Source of the DNA: an uncultured Pelagibacteraceae bacterium
GTDB lineage: Bacteria > Pseudomonadota > Alphaproteobacteria > Pelagibacterales > Pelagibacteraceae
Assembly (NCBI GenBank): GCA_902528505.1
Contig: CABZSY010000001.1
Span: 1-56,631 of the forward strand
Length of the DNA: 56,631 bases
Direction of reading: 5' to 3'
The notes beneath the pieces were generated by a model that saw only the letters and a list, made by a program, of their open reading frames with translations, searched no databases and was not told the origin of the DNA. The translations under genes were made by a program, and so were the position numbers. This document shows, piece by piece, positions 1-10,001 of the stretch; positions within the stretch are counted from its first letter, which is position 1; every line of letters begins with the position of its first letter.

Positions 1-1071
1 TCTAGTTATATTATTGCCGAGTATATTTATTTTTTCGACATAAATTTTCTCAGTTTCTTTAATGGTAAATTTTAAATTTATCTTATTTTCAAATAAATTC
101 TCTTCAACAGTTGATTTAACAGACTCAAATTGATCATTAGTGCTTATTGTATCAAGTGCAGTGAGGATTTTATCAACTCGATTTATTGAATAAGGTTTTC
201 CTTTTAGTTCATCAAATAAATCATTAATTTTAGAAAAATTTTCTATGGAAAAATCATTTGGAAGTACCAGTTCTAGATTATCAAAATAATATTTATTTTT
301 TGCATCTATATTAAAAATCAACTCAAATTTTTCGTTATCTACCAATTTTGCAAACGACGAATTTATTTTTACATCGTAATATCCTTCATTTAAATAAAAA
401 TTTTTTAAAAGTTTTAAATCTAAATTAATATGGTTTTCATTTAAGTATTTTTTTCCAGAAATAAACTTCCATGGTTTATGTTCTTCACTCACTATTAGTG
501 ATTTTAATTTATTATCTTTAAAAATTTTATTGCCTGTAAAATAAATATTTTTAATTTTTGCTTTTTTTCCAAGATCAATTTTATAAATTAAATTAATTTG
601 ATTTTTATTTTCATTTAACTCAGTTAAAATGTCTATTTCAGAAAAGTAGTATCCCAAGTCCTTCAAAAATGACGAAACTTTAATCTTATCCTCCTTTATA
701 TAATAAGTATTATATGAGTATCTTGGTTTAAAATATATATTATCTAAAATAAAATCTTGAATTTTAGCAGACTTTACACCTTCGATAACAATGTTATTTA
801 TAATTGGATTTTCTTTTACTTTAATTGTTAACAAATTATCTGATATGGAGACTTCTACATTTTCAAAAAAATTTGTATTATATAAATTTTTTAATATAGT
901 ATTTATTTCTTGTTCGTTAACATCACTTTTATTAACATCTGAGAACATTATTATTGTTTCAGTTGATATTCTTTTATTACCAGTAACAACTATACTATTT
1001 ATCGTCTGTGCATTTGAGTTTACAGAAATTATTATGGTTAAAAGTATTATTTTTAAAATATAATTTATCAT
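1..1071 (-). CDS. bamA: Outer membrane protein assembly factor BamA, N-terminal part (runs off the window start)
   Basis: Not in the ORF track; both ends translated by hand in the same frame. ATG at 1071 gives MINYILKIILLTIIISVNSNAQTINSIVVTGNKRISTETI (signal peptide plus POTRA1 GNKRIS-ETI). The window edge reads IYVEKINILGNNITR (POTRA5-like). Canonical position after dxr. Confidence 0.9.
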   Translation of the reverse strand, partial: MINYILKIILLTIIISVNSNAQTINSIVVTGNKRISTETIIMFSDVNKSDVNEQEINTILKNLYNTNFFENVEVSISDNLLTIKVKENPIINNIVIEGVKSAKIQDFILDNIYFKPRYSYNTYYIKEDKIKVSSFLKDLGYYFSEIDILTELNENKNQINLIYKIDLGKKAKIKNIYFTGNKIFKDNKLKSLIVSEEHKPWKFISGKKYLNENHINLDLKLLKNFYLNEGYYDVKINSSFAKLVDNEKFELIFNIDAKNKYYFDNLELVLPNDFSIENFSKINDLFDELKGKPYSINRVDKILTALDTISTNDQFESVKSTVEENLFENKINLKFTIKETEKIYVEKINILGNNITR

Positions 1072-1077
1072 TTATAT

Positions 1078-2250
1078 CTATTTAAAATTAGTATACTTTT
1101 TTTTAATTTTAGTACTAACATAATTATTTAAGTCAATAATTTCTTTTAGTTTTGTTGGTTTTTTATTTTTATATTTGGAAAATTCCTTATTTTTAATAAA
1201 TTTAAATAATTCTTTATGAATTTCTAGAAATTTAATTTTATCTCTAAGAAATAAATCAACAAGAGTATCATTAGCAGATACAATTATAGTTTCAAATAAA
1301 GAATGTTTTTGAGGTAATAGATTTATTAATTTTACCATCGGGTATTTTAATAAATCGACTTTGTGAAAATTTAAATCATTTAAATTTTTTATATTAATTT
1401 TACTTGTTGAAAATGCATAATCCTCATTATCAAAGAGAGTATTAAAAATTGGTATTTTCATTGTAGTGTCATGTGCTATTATTTTAATCAGACCATTATT
1501 AAATTTCATTAATGCATGAACATACGACTTGGGATGTATTAAAATTTCTATATTTTTATATAACATTTGAAAAATATTCTTAGCTTCAATTACTTCATAT
1601 ACTTTATTTATCATAGTAGCTGAATCTATAGATATTTTTTTTCCCATCTTCCAATTAGGATGATTTAGAACTTTTTTTTTACTTATATTTTTAAATTTCG
1701 ATAAGGATATATCGTAAAGAGATCCGCCTGATGCCGTAAGATAGATTTTTTCTATTTTATTAGGATTATTATTTTTGATAGCAAACCAAATTGAAAAATG
1801 CTCTGAGTCAACAGGAATAAATTCAGTTTTATTTTTTTTAAGTTCTTTATTTATCAAGTTCCATCCACAGATAATTGACTCTTTATTTGCTATTGCAATT
1901 TTCTTTGTATGTTTAATTATTTTAATTGTAGGCTCAAGACCCTCAATACCTGTTATTGAACTCATCACGTAGTCTATTTTTTTTGGTAAAATTTTATCGA
2001 GCTGATCAAAATTATTGAAAATTTTTATTGTGCTTTTTTTAGTTTGTGTTTTTAAAATTTTGTAACTACTTTTATTTTTTATAATTATATTTTTTACATT
2101 TAAATGTTTTGATTGTTTTAATAATGTTTTATAATTTTGGTTTGCAGTTAATAGTACTATCTCAAATTTTTTATTATTAGACTCTAGTAATTTAATTAAT
2201 GTTTTACCAATTGAGCCAGTTGAACCAAGAATTGCAATTTTTTTTTTCAT
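1078..2250 (-). CDS. dxr: 1-deoxy-D-xylulose-5-phosphate reductoisomerase
   Basis: GSTGSIG, ANKES, PVDSEH, LTASGG and HPNWKMGKKISIDSATM motifs. Confidence 0.97.
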   Translation of the reverse strand: MKKKIAILGSTGSIGKTLIKLLESNNKKFEIVLLTANQNYKTLLKQSKHLNVKNIIIKNKSSYKILKTQTKKSTIKIFNNFDQLDKILPKKIDYVMSSITGIEGLEPTIKIIKHTKKIAIANKESIICGWNLINKELKKNKTEFIPVDSEHFSIWFAIKNNNPNKIEKIYLTASGGSLYDISLSKFKNISKKKVLNHPNWKMGKKISIDSATMINKVYEVIEAKNIFQMLYKNIEILIHPKSYVHALMKFNNGLIKIIAHDTTMKIPIFNTLFDNEDYAFSTSKINIKNLNDLNFHKVDLLKYPMVKLINLLPQKHSLFETIIVSANDTLVDLFLRDKIKFLEIHKELFKFIKNKEFSKYKNKKPTKLKEIIDLNNYVSTKIKKKYTNFK

Positions 2251-2891
2251 TCTATGATTTTAAATAATACAAAAATAAATGGATATGCAAAAATCATTCC
2301 ATCAATTCTATCAAGTAATCCCCCATGACCAGGAATAATCCTACCTGTATTTTTTAATTTTGATTTTCTTTTAAAAAATGAAATTATTATATCTCCAATC
2401 TGACTAATTATTGATATCAAAATCACAATAAAAATTATTTGTAAGTTAAATTTGCCTTCTCCTGAAAGTCCAAAAAAGCTTAAATTATAAATATATATAT
2501 AGGAAAAAATTATAGATAATATAAAACTACCAATCATTCCAGCATATGTTTTATTTGGACTTATTTTGGTAAGCTTAGGTCCTTTTAAAATTTTACCGAA
2601 TATATATCCGCCTATATCTGTACCTATACATGTTATTATAACGAGTAAAAATATTTTATAGTCTGCTCCATTCCTTAAATAATAAAAAGTATAAAAAGAA
2701 AAGAATATAAAAATAAAACCAGGTAAATAGTACTCCTTTTTTAAGCTTATTAAATGCCACTCATACAAAGTTATCAAAAGAATTATTAATAAGAATAGTG
2801 TAAAAAGATAATTTCCTTTAATTATAAAAAAGAAAGACAAGGGTACTAGAAATAAAGAACTAATTGATCTTGTAATGAATTCTTTACTCAT
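2247..2891 (-). CDS. cdsA: Phosphatidate cytidylyltransferase
   Basis: Hydrophobic; ISPNKT and KNTGRIIPGHGGLLDRID motifs. Confidence 0.96.
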   Translation of the reverse strand: MSKEFITRSISSLFLVPLSFFFIIKGNYLFTLFLLIILLITLYEWHLISLKKEYYLPGFIFIFFSFYTFYYLRNGADYKIFLLVIITCIGTDIGGYIFGKILKGPKLTKISPNKTYAGMIGSFILSIIFSYIYIYNLSFFGLSGEGKFNLQIIFIVILISIISQIGDIIISFFKRKSKLKNTGRIIPGHGGLLDRIDGMIFAYPFIFVLFKIIE

Positions 2892-3565
2892 TATATATTA
2901 CCATAATTTCTCTTTACTTTTTTAAATTTATTAATGATTTTTAAATAATCACTCTCTTTAAATTCAGGCCATAACTTCTTTTCAAAGAAAATTTCTGAAT
3001 ATGATAGTTGCCATAGAAGAAAATTACTTAGTCTATTAGTATTTCCTGTTCTTATTAATAAATCTGGATCTGGTATACCGCTTGTATGTAAATATTTATT
3101 TATATTTTTCTCGTTTATAACTTCATTATTTTTTTTTAAAATTTTTAGTGCATTTATCAATTCAGATTTAGATCCATAATTTAATGCTAAATTAATTTGT
3201 AAGACACTATTTTTAGATGTTTTTTTTTCTGCTGATTTTAGCAGATTATTTAAATTATTAGAAAAATTTTTAACTCCTATAATCCTCAATTTAATATTTT
3301 GTTTGTGGAGGTAATTGATTCTTTTTTTTAGGAAGTTTTCTAATAATCTAAATAAATATATAATTTCTTTCTTAGGCCTTTTCCAGTTTTCTGTTGAGAA
3401 TGCAAAAAGTGTCAAAAATTTTATTTTTTGTTTGATTGAAGTCTTTATTACCTGATCTACTGTTGTAAGCCCTTGCTTATGTCCAGCATTTCTTGAATTT
3501 TTATTTTTTATACCCCATCTACCGTTACCATCCATAATAATGGCCACATGTTTAAGTGGGTTCAT
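2891..3565 (-). CDS. uppS: Undecaprenyl diphosphate synthase
   Basis: HVAIIMDGNGRW, FSTENWKRP, PDLLIRTG, RLSNFLLWQ. Confidence 0.97.
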   Translation of the reverse strand: MNPLKHVAIIMDGNGRWGIKNKNSRNAGHKQGLTTVDQVIKTSIKQKIKFLTLFAFSTENWKRPKKEIIYLFRLLENFLKKRINYLHKQNIKLRIIGVKNFSNNLNNLLKSAEKKTSKNSVLQINLALNYGSKSELINALKILKKNNEVINEKNINKYLHTSGIPDPDLLIRTGNTNRLSNFLLWQLSYSEIFFEKKLWPEFKESDYLKIINKFKKVKRNYGNI

Positions 3566-4113
3566 ATTGTCATTATTTCTTTTTCTTTTAATGAAACTTT
3601 TTCATCTACCAACTTAATATGATCATCAGTTATTATTTGAACCTTTTTTTCATGGGTTTTTTCTTCATCTTCACCAATATCTTTAGATTTTAAAAGTTTT
3701 TTTAAATCTTCATTAGCTTCTCTTCTTATATTTCTAATTGATACTTTACATTTTTCGCCAACAGACTTGATTATTTTTTTTAGCTCAGTTCTCCTCTCCT
3801 CATTTAGTTCTGGCACAGGAAGTCTAACCAACTGTCCATCAATTTGTGGGTTTAATCCCAAATCAGATTTTTTAATAGCAGCGTCTATTAATGGAACATT
3901 ATTTAAATCCCAAACTTGAATATTTATCATTCTTGGTTCAGGTGTTGTTATACTGCCTACTTGATTAATTGGCATTTGCTGACCATAGACATCTACTTTA
4001 ATTAAATCTAACATAGCAGCGTTTGCTCTACCTGTTCGTAAAGAAGAAAGTTCTTTTGAGAATACCTCTAGGGCTTTATCCATTTTAAGGCTGTAAGATT
4101 TTTCATCAAACAT
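3562..4113 (-). CDS. frr: Ribosome recycling factor
   Basis: LRTGRAN, LGLNP, EERR, KVSIRNIRR motifs. Confidence 0.97.
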   Translation of the reverse strand: MFDEKSYSLKMDKALEVFSKELSSLRTGRANAAMLDLIKVDVYGQQMPINQVGSITTPEPRMINIQVWDLNNVPLIDAAIKKSDLGLNPQIDGQLVRLPVPELNEERRTELKKIIKSVGEKCKVSIRNIRREANEDLKKLLKSKDIGEDEEKTHEKKVQIITDDHIKLVDEKVSLKEKEIMTI

Positions 4114-4965
4114 TTATTCTCCAATTTTTATTCTATAAAATTCTTTAATTTTCAAATCAGCTACAGAAAGTTCTTGTAATATATCTTTCACTTTTTTTTT
4201 AGGTTCCATTACCCAGGCTTGAGTTAACAAAGCATTTTCTTCTTTGAATTTATTCATCTTACCCAAACTAATTTTATTTGCAATCTCCTCAGGTTTTCCA
4301 GAATTTTTTAATTCCTCTGAGACAAGCTCTTGTTCTTTATCAATAATAGCTTTATCAATTAAATTAGATTCTAAAGCTAAAGGATTAGAGGCAGCAATAT
4401 GCATAGAGAGTTGTTTGCTAAATATCTTTACAGCTTCTGAGTTTTCATTTGTTTCAAGTGACACGACTACAGCTAACTTTGCCACGTTGTCCTTAATAAC
4501 CGTATGAAGATAATGATTATTTATTGCATTTGAATTGTTAATTGTTTTAGATTTACCTATTGTTATCTTTTCTCCAATTTTAGCAATTAAGGCTACTAAA
4601 TTATCGTCAACGGTTTGGCCATTATTCATCTTTGAGTTTTTTAATTCATCTAGATTTGAATTTTTTTTATTATTTAATTCACTAAGTTCTTTTACAAAGC
4701 TTATAAAATCATCATTTTTAGCAACAAAATCTGTTTCACAATTTACCTCTATAACAGAAGTTTTAGTCTCATCCCCACTTACAACAACTACACCTTCTTT
4801 TGCATCTCTTGACATCTTTTTTGAAGCTTTTGAGATACCTTTTACTCTAAGAATTTCAATAGCTTTTTCTAAGTCACCGCTTGCCTCTTTTATTGCTAAA
4901 TTACAATCTTTAAATCCTGCTCCAGTTGCATCTCTTAGTTTTTTTACTTTCTCTATATCACTCAT
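4114..4965 (-). CDS. tsf: Elongation factor Ts
   Basis: [30 protein letters not shown]. Confidence 0.98.
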   Translation of the reverse strand: MSDIEKVKKLRDATGAGFKDCNLAIKEASGDLEKAIEILRVKGISKASKKMSRDAKEGVVVVSGDETKTSVIEVNCETDFVAKNDDFISFVKELSELNNKKNSNLDELKNSKMNNGQTVDDNLVALIAKIGEKITIGKSKTINNSNAINNHYLHTVIKDNVAKLAVVVSLETNENSEAVKIFSKQLSMHIAASNPLALESNLIDKAIIDKEQELVSEELKNSGKPEEIANKISLGKMNKFKEENALLTQAWVMEPKKKVKDILQELSVADLKIKEFYRIKIGE

Positions 4966-4966
4966 A

Positions 4967-5785
4967 TTAGTTTAATTTCTCCTTATTATCTTCAGAGAAT
5001 TTTTTTTCTAACTTTTCTCTATCTAACTCTTGAATTGTTTTAGATTTGACATTTACTTTATTATCTTTAATCAAGTCTTTTTTTAATTCTTTTGTTGGAA
5101 TAGAATTTTTTGCATTATTAATAGTTTCTTTAATAAGATTACAATAAAGATCGATTGCTCTTCTTGCGTCATCATTACCTGGAATTGGGAAATCAATATT
5201 TTCAGGGTTTGAATTACTATCTAAAATAGCAACAAGTGGTATACCAAGTTTTACAGACTCTGCAATTGCAAGAGACTCATAATTAGTATCTATTACAAAA
5301 ACTAGATCAGGAACTTTTTTCATTTCAGCAATGCCTCCAAGAGATCTTTCAAGTTTATCTTTCTTAACACTCATTTTTAAAAGTTCTTTTTTGGTAAATC
5401 CTCTATTTTCTGATGATAGGTCAATTTCCAATTTTTTTAGTTTTTTTATGGAATTTGAAATCGTGCCCCAATTTGTAAGCATTCCGCCTAACCACCTGTA
5501 ATTTACAAAATATTGATCTGTTTCTTTAGCAACCTCAGCTATTGCTTCTGAAGCTTGTTTTTTAGTAGAGACAAATAAAATTTTTCCATTATTGGCTATT
5601 GTATTATAAACTTTTTCTAGAGCCACTTTTGTTAATTCAAGTGTTTGAGTTAAATCTATAATATGTATTGAGTCTCTTTTTCCAAAAATATATTTCTTCA
5701 TTTTTGGATTCCATCTCAATGTCTTGTGACCAAGATGGACACCTGCTTCTAATAATTGTTGAATTGTAACGTTAGGTATTTTCAT
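4967..5785 (-). CDS. rpsB: 30S ribosomal protein S2
   Basis: [31 protein letters not shown]. Start moved to ATG 5785 (MKIPNVT) because the longer track start lies inside the leader RNA. Confidence 0.97.
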   Translation of the reverse strand: MKIPNVTIQQLLEAGVHLGHKTLRWNPKMKKYIFGKRDSIHIIDLTQTLELTKVALEKVYNTIANNGKILFVSTKKQASEAIAEVAKETDQYFVNYRWLGGMLTNWGTISNSIKKLKKLEIDLSSENRGFTKKELLKMSVKKDKLERSLGGIAEMKKVPDLVFVIDTNYESLAIAESVKLGIPLVAILDSNSNPENIDFPIPGNDDARRAIDLYCNLIKETINNAKNSIPTKELKKDLIKDNKVNVKSKTIQELDREKLEKKFSEDNKEKLN

Positions 5786-5862
5786 ATTTTTTCCCGGTTG
5801 AGCCACCACAGTAATTTCCAAATAAGGACCGGAGGTATAAAACCAACAACTGTGTGCGTGTT
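5786..5862 (-). ncRNA. rpsB 5' leader (t44/tff-like cis-regulatory RNA)
   Basis: GC-enriched patch directly upstream of rpsB: CACGCACACAG...CUGUGGUGGCUCAACCGG. CACAG/CUGUG closing stem and a possible CCGGU/ACCGG pseudoknot; resembles the E. coli t44 3' motif GUGGAGGCAUAACC. Confidence 0.8.
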
Positions 5863-5914
5863 AATTTAATTTATGCAGTATTTACAAATATTTTATGAAT
5901 TTAACAAGTTTTAT

Positions 5915-8900
5915 TTATGAAATAGTGGCTTGTATTTGTTGTTTTCTCAATAAATTCAGAGATTTTCTGTCTAAATTTTTTGAATTTTTCAGTTTAAACT
6001 GAAGAATATTATGGTTATTAACTAAATTAATATTAACTGATGTTTTGCCATTTTCTTTTAGAATTTCTGATATTAATTGAACTTGATCTTCAGATCTAAC
6101 CTCAAAAATGACTTCATTTATTGGACTATTAAACAATTCTTTTAACGAGGATATTTTTTGAACATTAATTCTTTTAAAACGATTTTCATCATCAGTTATA
6201 TTTTTAACTAAATTTAATATCAAAGAATTACCTTCTTTCAAAATCTCTCTATTTAACTCCAAAACATCAGAAAATATAAAAAGTTCAAACACACTTGATA
6301 AATCTGTTAATTTCAAAACAGCATAAGAATTTCCTTTAGCTGTTTTTCTCTCTTGTAATTTTAATAAAGTGGCAGCTATATTTGTACTTTTAATCTCATC
6401 ATTTAAGATAAATTTACTATATTCATTTATTTTATAGTCATTAAATATTTCAGTAAATTGATTTAATGGGTGATCAGAAATAAAAAAACCAACTGCTTCA
6501 AATTCTTTTGCGAGTCTTTCCTCAAATTTCCAGTCATCGATTTTATTTATAATATTGTCTTGACTATTTTCATCCTCAGAAAACAAATCTATTTGATTTG
6601 CAGATTTATTATCAAAGATGTTCTTATTTTTGGTTATAATATTGGGTATTGAATCAAATATAGCATGCCTGTTAGAATTTAAATTATCAAATGCACCTGC
6701 TTTTACTAATCCCTCTAGTTGAAGTTTATTAATGTCTTTTGGGTTCACTCTATTTATAAAATCGTTTATTGATAAAAATTTCCCATTAGCAATTCTTTCT
6801 TTGATAATATTTGATATTGCCTCGTACCCTACAGCCTTAATTCCTCCCAAAGCATAATAAAACTTTCCATCTTTAGTCTTAAAATCTGCAAAGCACTCGT
6901 TTATATCTGGTCGAACAACTTCTACATTCAATCTATTTAATTCTTCATAAAATTCACTTAGTTTGTTCTGATTAGAAATATCCATCGTCATCGATGCAGC
7001 AATAAATTCTTTTGGATAATAAGTCTTCAAAAAGGCAGTTTGATAAGAAATTATTGCATATGCGGCTGCATGACTCTTGTTAAATCCATATTCTGCAAAA
7101 GGTTCAATTTTTAAAAATATTCCAGCCGCTACATCTTTAGCTATACCATTTTTTATTGCACCCTCAATAAAACCTTGCTTTTGTTTTTCAAGTTCAGCTC
7201 TTTTCTTTTTACCCATTGCTCTTCTTAGCAAATCTGCTTGACCAGCAGTAAAACCTGACAACTTTTGTGCTATTTGCATTACTTGCTCTTGGTAAATAAT
7301 TACACCATATGTTGGTTTTAAAATGTCTTCTAATAGGGGATGTAAATAATCTGGTTTTTGCTTCCCATGCTTACAATCATTATAAGTAGGTATATTACTC
7401 ATTGGTCCTGGTCGATATAAAGCTACAAGTGCAATAATATCTTCTATGTGATTTGGTTTCATTTGTATTAAAGCCTCTCTCATTCCAGTACTTTCAATCT
7501 GGAATAGTCCAACCGTTTTACCATTTGATAATAAATCAAAAACCTCTTGATCCTCAAAATTAATAGTTTCTATGTCAAAATTTTTATCAATCTTTTTAAT
7601 TAGCTTTTGGGTGTTGTTAATTACGGTTAGGGTTTTTAAACCAAGAAAATCAAATTTTATTAATCCTGCATTTTCAGCTGAATACATATCAAATTGAGTA
7701 GAAGGTAATAATAGATCTGACGAACTGTCTTTGTATAGAGGGACTACTTCGGTTAATTTTCTGTCGGCAATAACCACGCCAGCCGCGTGAGTTGCTACAT
7801 TTCTATTTAGACCTTCCAGTTGTAGTGATAAGTCAGTTAATTTTTTAACTTTGGGATCTTCGTTAATTAATTTTTGCAGTCTAGGTTCGCCAGCAATACA
7901 TTGTGTTAAATTTTGAGGTCTTGACGGATCAAAAGGTATCATTTTAGAAATGCTATCTACAAACCCATAAGATAATCCTAAAACTCTTCCCACATCACGA
8001 ATAACCATTCTAGCTTTTAATTTTCCAAAGGTAATTATATGAGCAACACTATCTTTATACTTTTTTGTTAGATACTCAAAAACCTGATCTCTTTTATCCT
8101 CGCAAAAATCAATATCAAAGTCAGGCATAGATATTCGATCTGGATTTAAAAATCTTTCAAATATTAAATTAAATTTTATTGGATCTACATCTGTTATAGA
8201 TAAACACCAAGCAACTAAAGATCCTGCACCTGAACCTCTTCCAGGGCCAACCGGTATGTCGTTGTTTTTGGCCCACTTAATATAGTCTGATACAATTAAA
8301 AAATAACTAGCATACTTCATTTCAATAATTATAGAAAGCTCATGCTCTAGCCTTTTTTTATATTCTTGATAGGTTTCGCTAGACTCAATATCGCTAGCTC
8401 GAATTTTGAATACCTTCTCAAATTTTATTTTTAGACCATCTAAAGAATCTTTTCTTAAAATATTATCAGCATCACCGCCTTTATCTTTACTTATGTTTGG
8501 TAAAATTGGGTTTGAAAATAAGGGCCTAAAATTACATCTTAAAGGGAAATTATAATTATTTTCTAATGCTTCTGGTAAATCTGCAAATAATTCAGACATT
8601 TCAGAATTATTTTTGAAATAATGTTGATCAGTTAACTTTAACCTATTTTTTTCATTAACATAAGTTTTGTTACCAATACAAATCAATGCATCGTGTGCTT
8701 CGTGCATATCTTTGTTTAAATAATATACCTCATTAGTTGCAATTATCGGTATCTCTAAATCTGAAGATTTTTTTAAATTAAATTTTTCAAAACTATTTTC
8801 GTTTAGGTCTTTATGCCTTTGGATTTCAATATAAAAACGATTCCCAAAATTTAATTTAATTGTATTATATAAATCATGTATTTCAGTAAATTTGCCCTTA

Positions 8901-9331
8901 TCAAATAATTTACCAAACAATCCAAATACAGTTCCTGAAAACAATGCAATACCCTCAGAATTATTTAATAAGTTTTCAAATGTTACATGTGGATCGGAGA
9001 ATTCATCATTTTTCAAATAGGATATTGATGACAGATCGATAATATTTTTATAACCTTTTTCATTAAGCGCATAAAGAGGTAATAACCCAATTGTGTCATG
9101 AATTTTAAAGTTAATTTGTGTTCCAATAATAGGTTGAGTTCCTGATTTTGATATTTTCTCAGCAAATTCCAGTGCTCCGCAAAGATTTAGTGTATCACAA
9201 AGACCTAACGATTTTATTTTATTACTTTTTGAGTATTCTTGAAGATCATCAATTTTAATAGCACCTTCACATATAGAGTATTGGGTATGAATTTTAAGAT
9301 GATTAAAGTTTTGTGATAAAGACTCAGCCAT
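5915..9331 (-). CDS. dnaE: DNA polymerase III alpha subunit
   Basis: PHP domain start (HLKIHTQYS), GPGRGSGAGS, MPDFDIDF, KFDFLGL, YGFNKSHAAAY. Confidence 0.98.
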   Translation of the reverse strand: MAESLSQNFNHLKIHTQYSICEGAIKIDDLQEYSKSNKIKSLGLCDTLNLCGALEFAEKISKSGTQPIIGTQINFKIHDTIGLLPLYALNEKGYKNIIDLSSISYLKNDEFSDPHVTFENLLNNSEGIALFSGTVFGLFGKLFDKGKFTEIHDLYNTIKLNFGNRFYIEIQRHKDLNENSFEKFNLKKSSDLEIPIIATNEVYYLNKDMHEAHDALICIGNKTYVNEKNRLKLTDQHYFKNNSEMSELFADLPEALENNYNFPLRCNFRPLFSNPILPNISKDKGGDADNILRKDSLDGLKIKFEKVFKIRASDIESSETYQEYKKRLEHELSIIIEMKYASYFLIVSDYIKWAKNNDIPVGPGRGSGAGSLVAWCLSITDVDPIKFNLIFERFLNPDRISMPDFDIDFCEDKRDQVFEYLTKKYKDSVAHIITFGKLKARMVIRDVGRVLGLSYGFVDSISKMIPFDPSRPQNLTQCIAGEPRLQKLINEDPKVKKLTDLSLQLEGLNRNVATHAAGVVIADRKLTEVVPLYKDSSSDLLLPSTQFDMYSAENAGLIKFDFLGLKTLTVINNTQKLIKKIDKNFDIETINFEDQEVFDLLSNGKTVGLFQIESTGMREALIQMKPNHIEDIIALVALYRPGPMSNIPTYNDCKHGKQKPDYLHPLLEDILKPTYGVIIYQEQVMQIAQKLSGFTAGQADLLRRAMGKKKRAELEKQKQGFIEGAIKNGIAKDVAAGIFLKIEPFAEYGFNKSHAAAYAIISYQTAFLKTYYPKEFIAASMTMDISNQNKLSEFYEELNRLNVEVVRPDINECFADFKTKDGKFYYALGGIKAVGYEAISNIIKERIANGKFLSINDFINRVNPKDINKLQLEGLVKAGAFDNLNSNRHAIFDSIPNIITKNKNIFDNKSANQIDLFSEDENSQDNIINKIDDWKFEERLAKEFEAVGFFISDHPLNQFTEIFNDYKINEYSKFILNDEIKSTNIAATLLKLQERKTAKGNSYAVLKLTDLSSVFELFIFSDVLELNREILKEGNSLILNLVKNITDDENRFKRINVQKISSLKELFNSPINEVIFEVRSEDQVQLISEILKENGKTSVNINLVNNHNILQFKLKNSKNLDRKSLNLLRKQQIQATIS

Positions 9332-10001
9332 TAGATGACTTTATATTACCATCTACTATCTCCAATAGGCAATCTGCCTTATTTCCAAAAAATCTATTAT
9401 GAGTTGCAAATATAATTAATCTGTCAGATCTCTTTTGATTTTTTAATAAATTAAATATTATTTTTGCAGTTTTCATGTCTAAGCTACCAGTTGGCTCATC
9501 TGCCAAGATTATCTCTGGATCATTAATTATTGCTCTTGCAATTGCTATTCTTTGAAGTTCTCCACCAGATAATTGAGAGGGATAATGATCGGCTCTACTG
9601 GATAAACCTATTTTCTTTAACAACTGTTTTGCTTTATAAATTGCTAGATCTTTATTGTTGTTAATTGACAAATTTGCTAAATAAATATTTTCGAGTGATG
9701 TAAAATCAGGCAATAAATTATTTTGTTGATAAACAATTCCAATTTTTTTTGCTCTAAATTGATCGTTTTGCTCTTTTTCGTCATAATTAATTCTATGCTT
9801 ATTAAATTTAATTAAACCATTTGAAGGTTTGTCTATTAACGAGATAATATTTAATAAAGTAGACTTACCAGAACCTGAAGGACCCATTAGAGAGTAAATT
9901 TTACCTTTTTTAAAATTATATGATAAATTTTTTATAACTTTTAGCTTTTTACTGATCTCAAAAGTTTTTGAAATATTCTTTAATTCTAAAAATTTACTCA
10001 T
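9324..10001 (-). CDS. lolD: Lipoprotein-releasing ABC transporter ATP-binding subunit
   Basis: GPSGSGKST, LSGGELQR, ADEPTGSLD; follows the lolC/E permease. Confidence 0.9.
   Translation of the reverse strand: MSKFLELKNISKTFEISKKLKVIKNLSYNFKKGKIYSLMGPSGSGKSTLLNIISLIDKPSNGLIKFNKHRINYDEKEQNDQFRAKKIGIVYQQNNLLPDFTSLENIYLANLSINNNKDLAIYKAKQLLKKIGLSSRADHYPSQLSGGELQRIAIARAIINDPEIILADEPTGSLDMKTAKIIFNLLKNQKRSDRLIIFATHNRFFGNKADCLLEIVDGNIKSSNG

Noticed and set aside
791-1063. 90-aa plus-strand ORF in the track
   Set aside because: Antisense shadow of bamA, which the track missed because it runs off the window
5915-9331. Intein or split in dnaE
   Set aside because: Normal length and continuous motifs; no insertion evident
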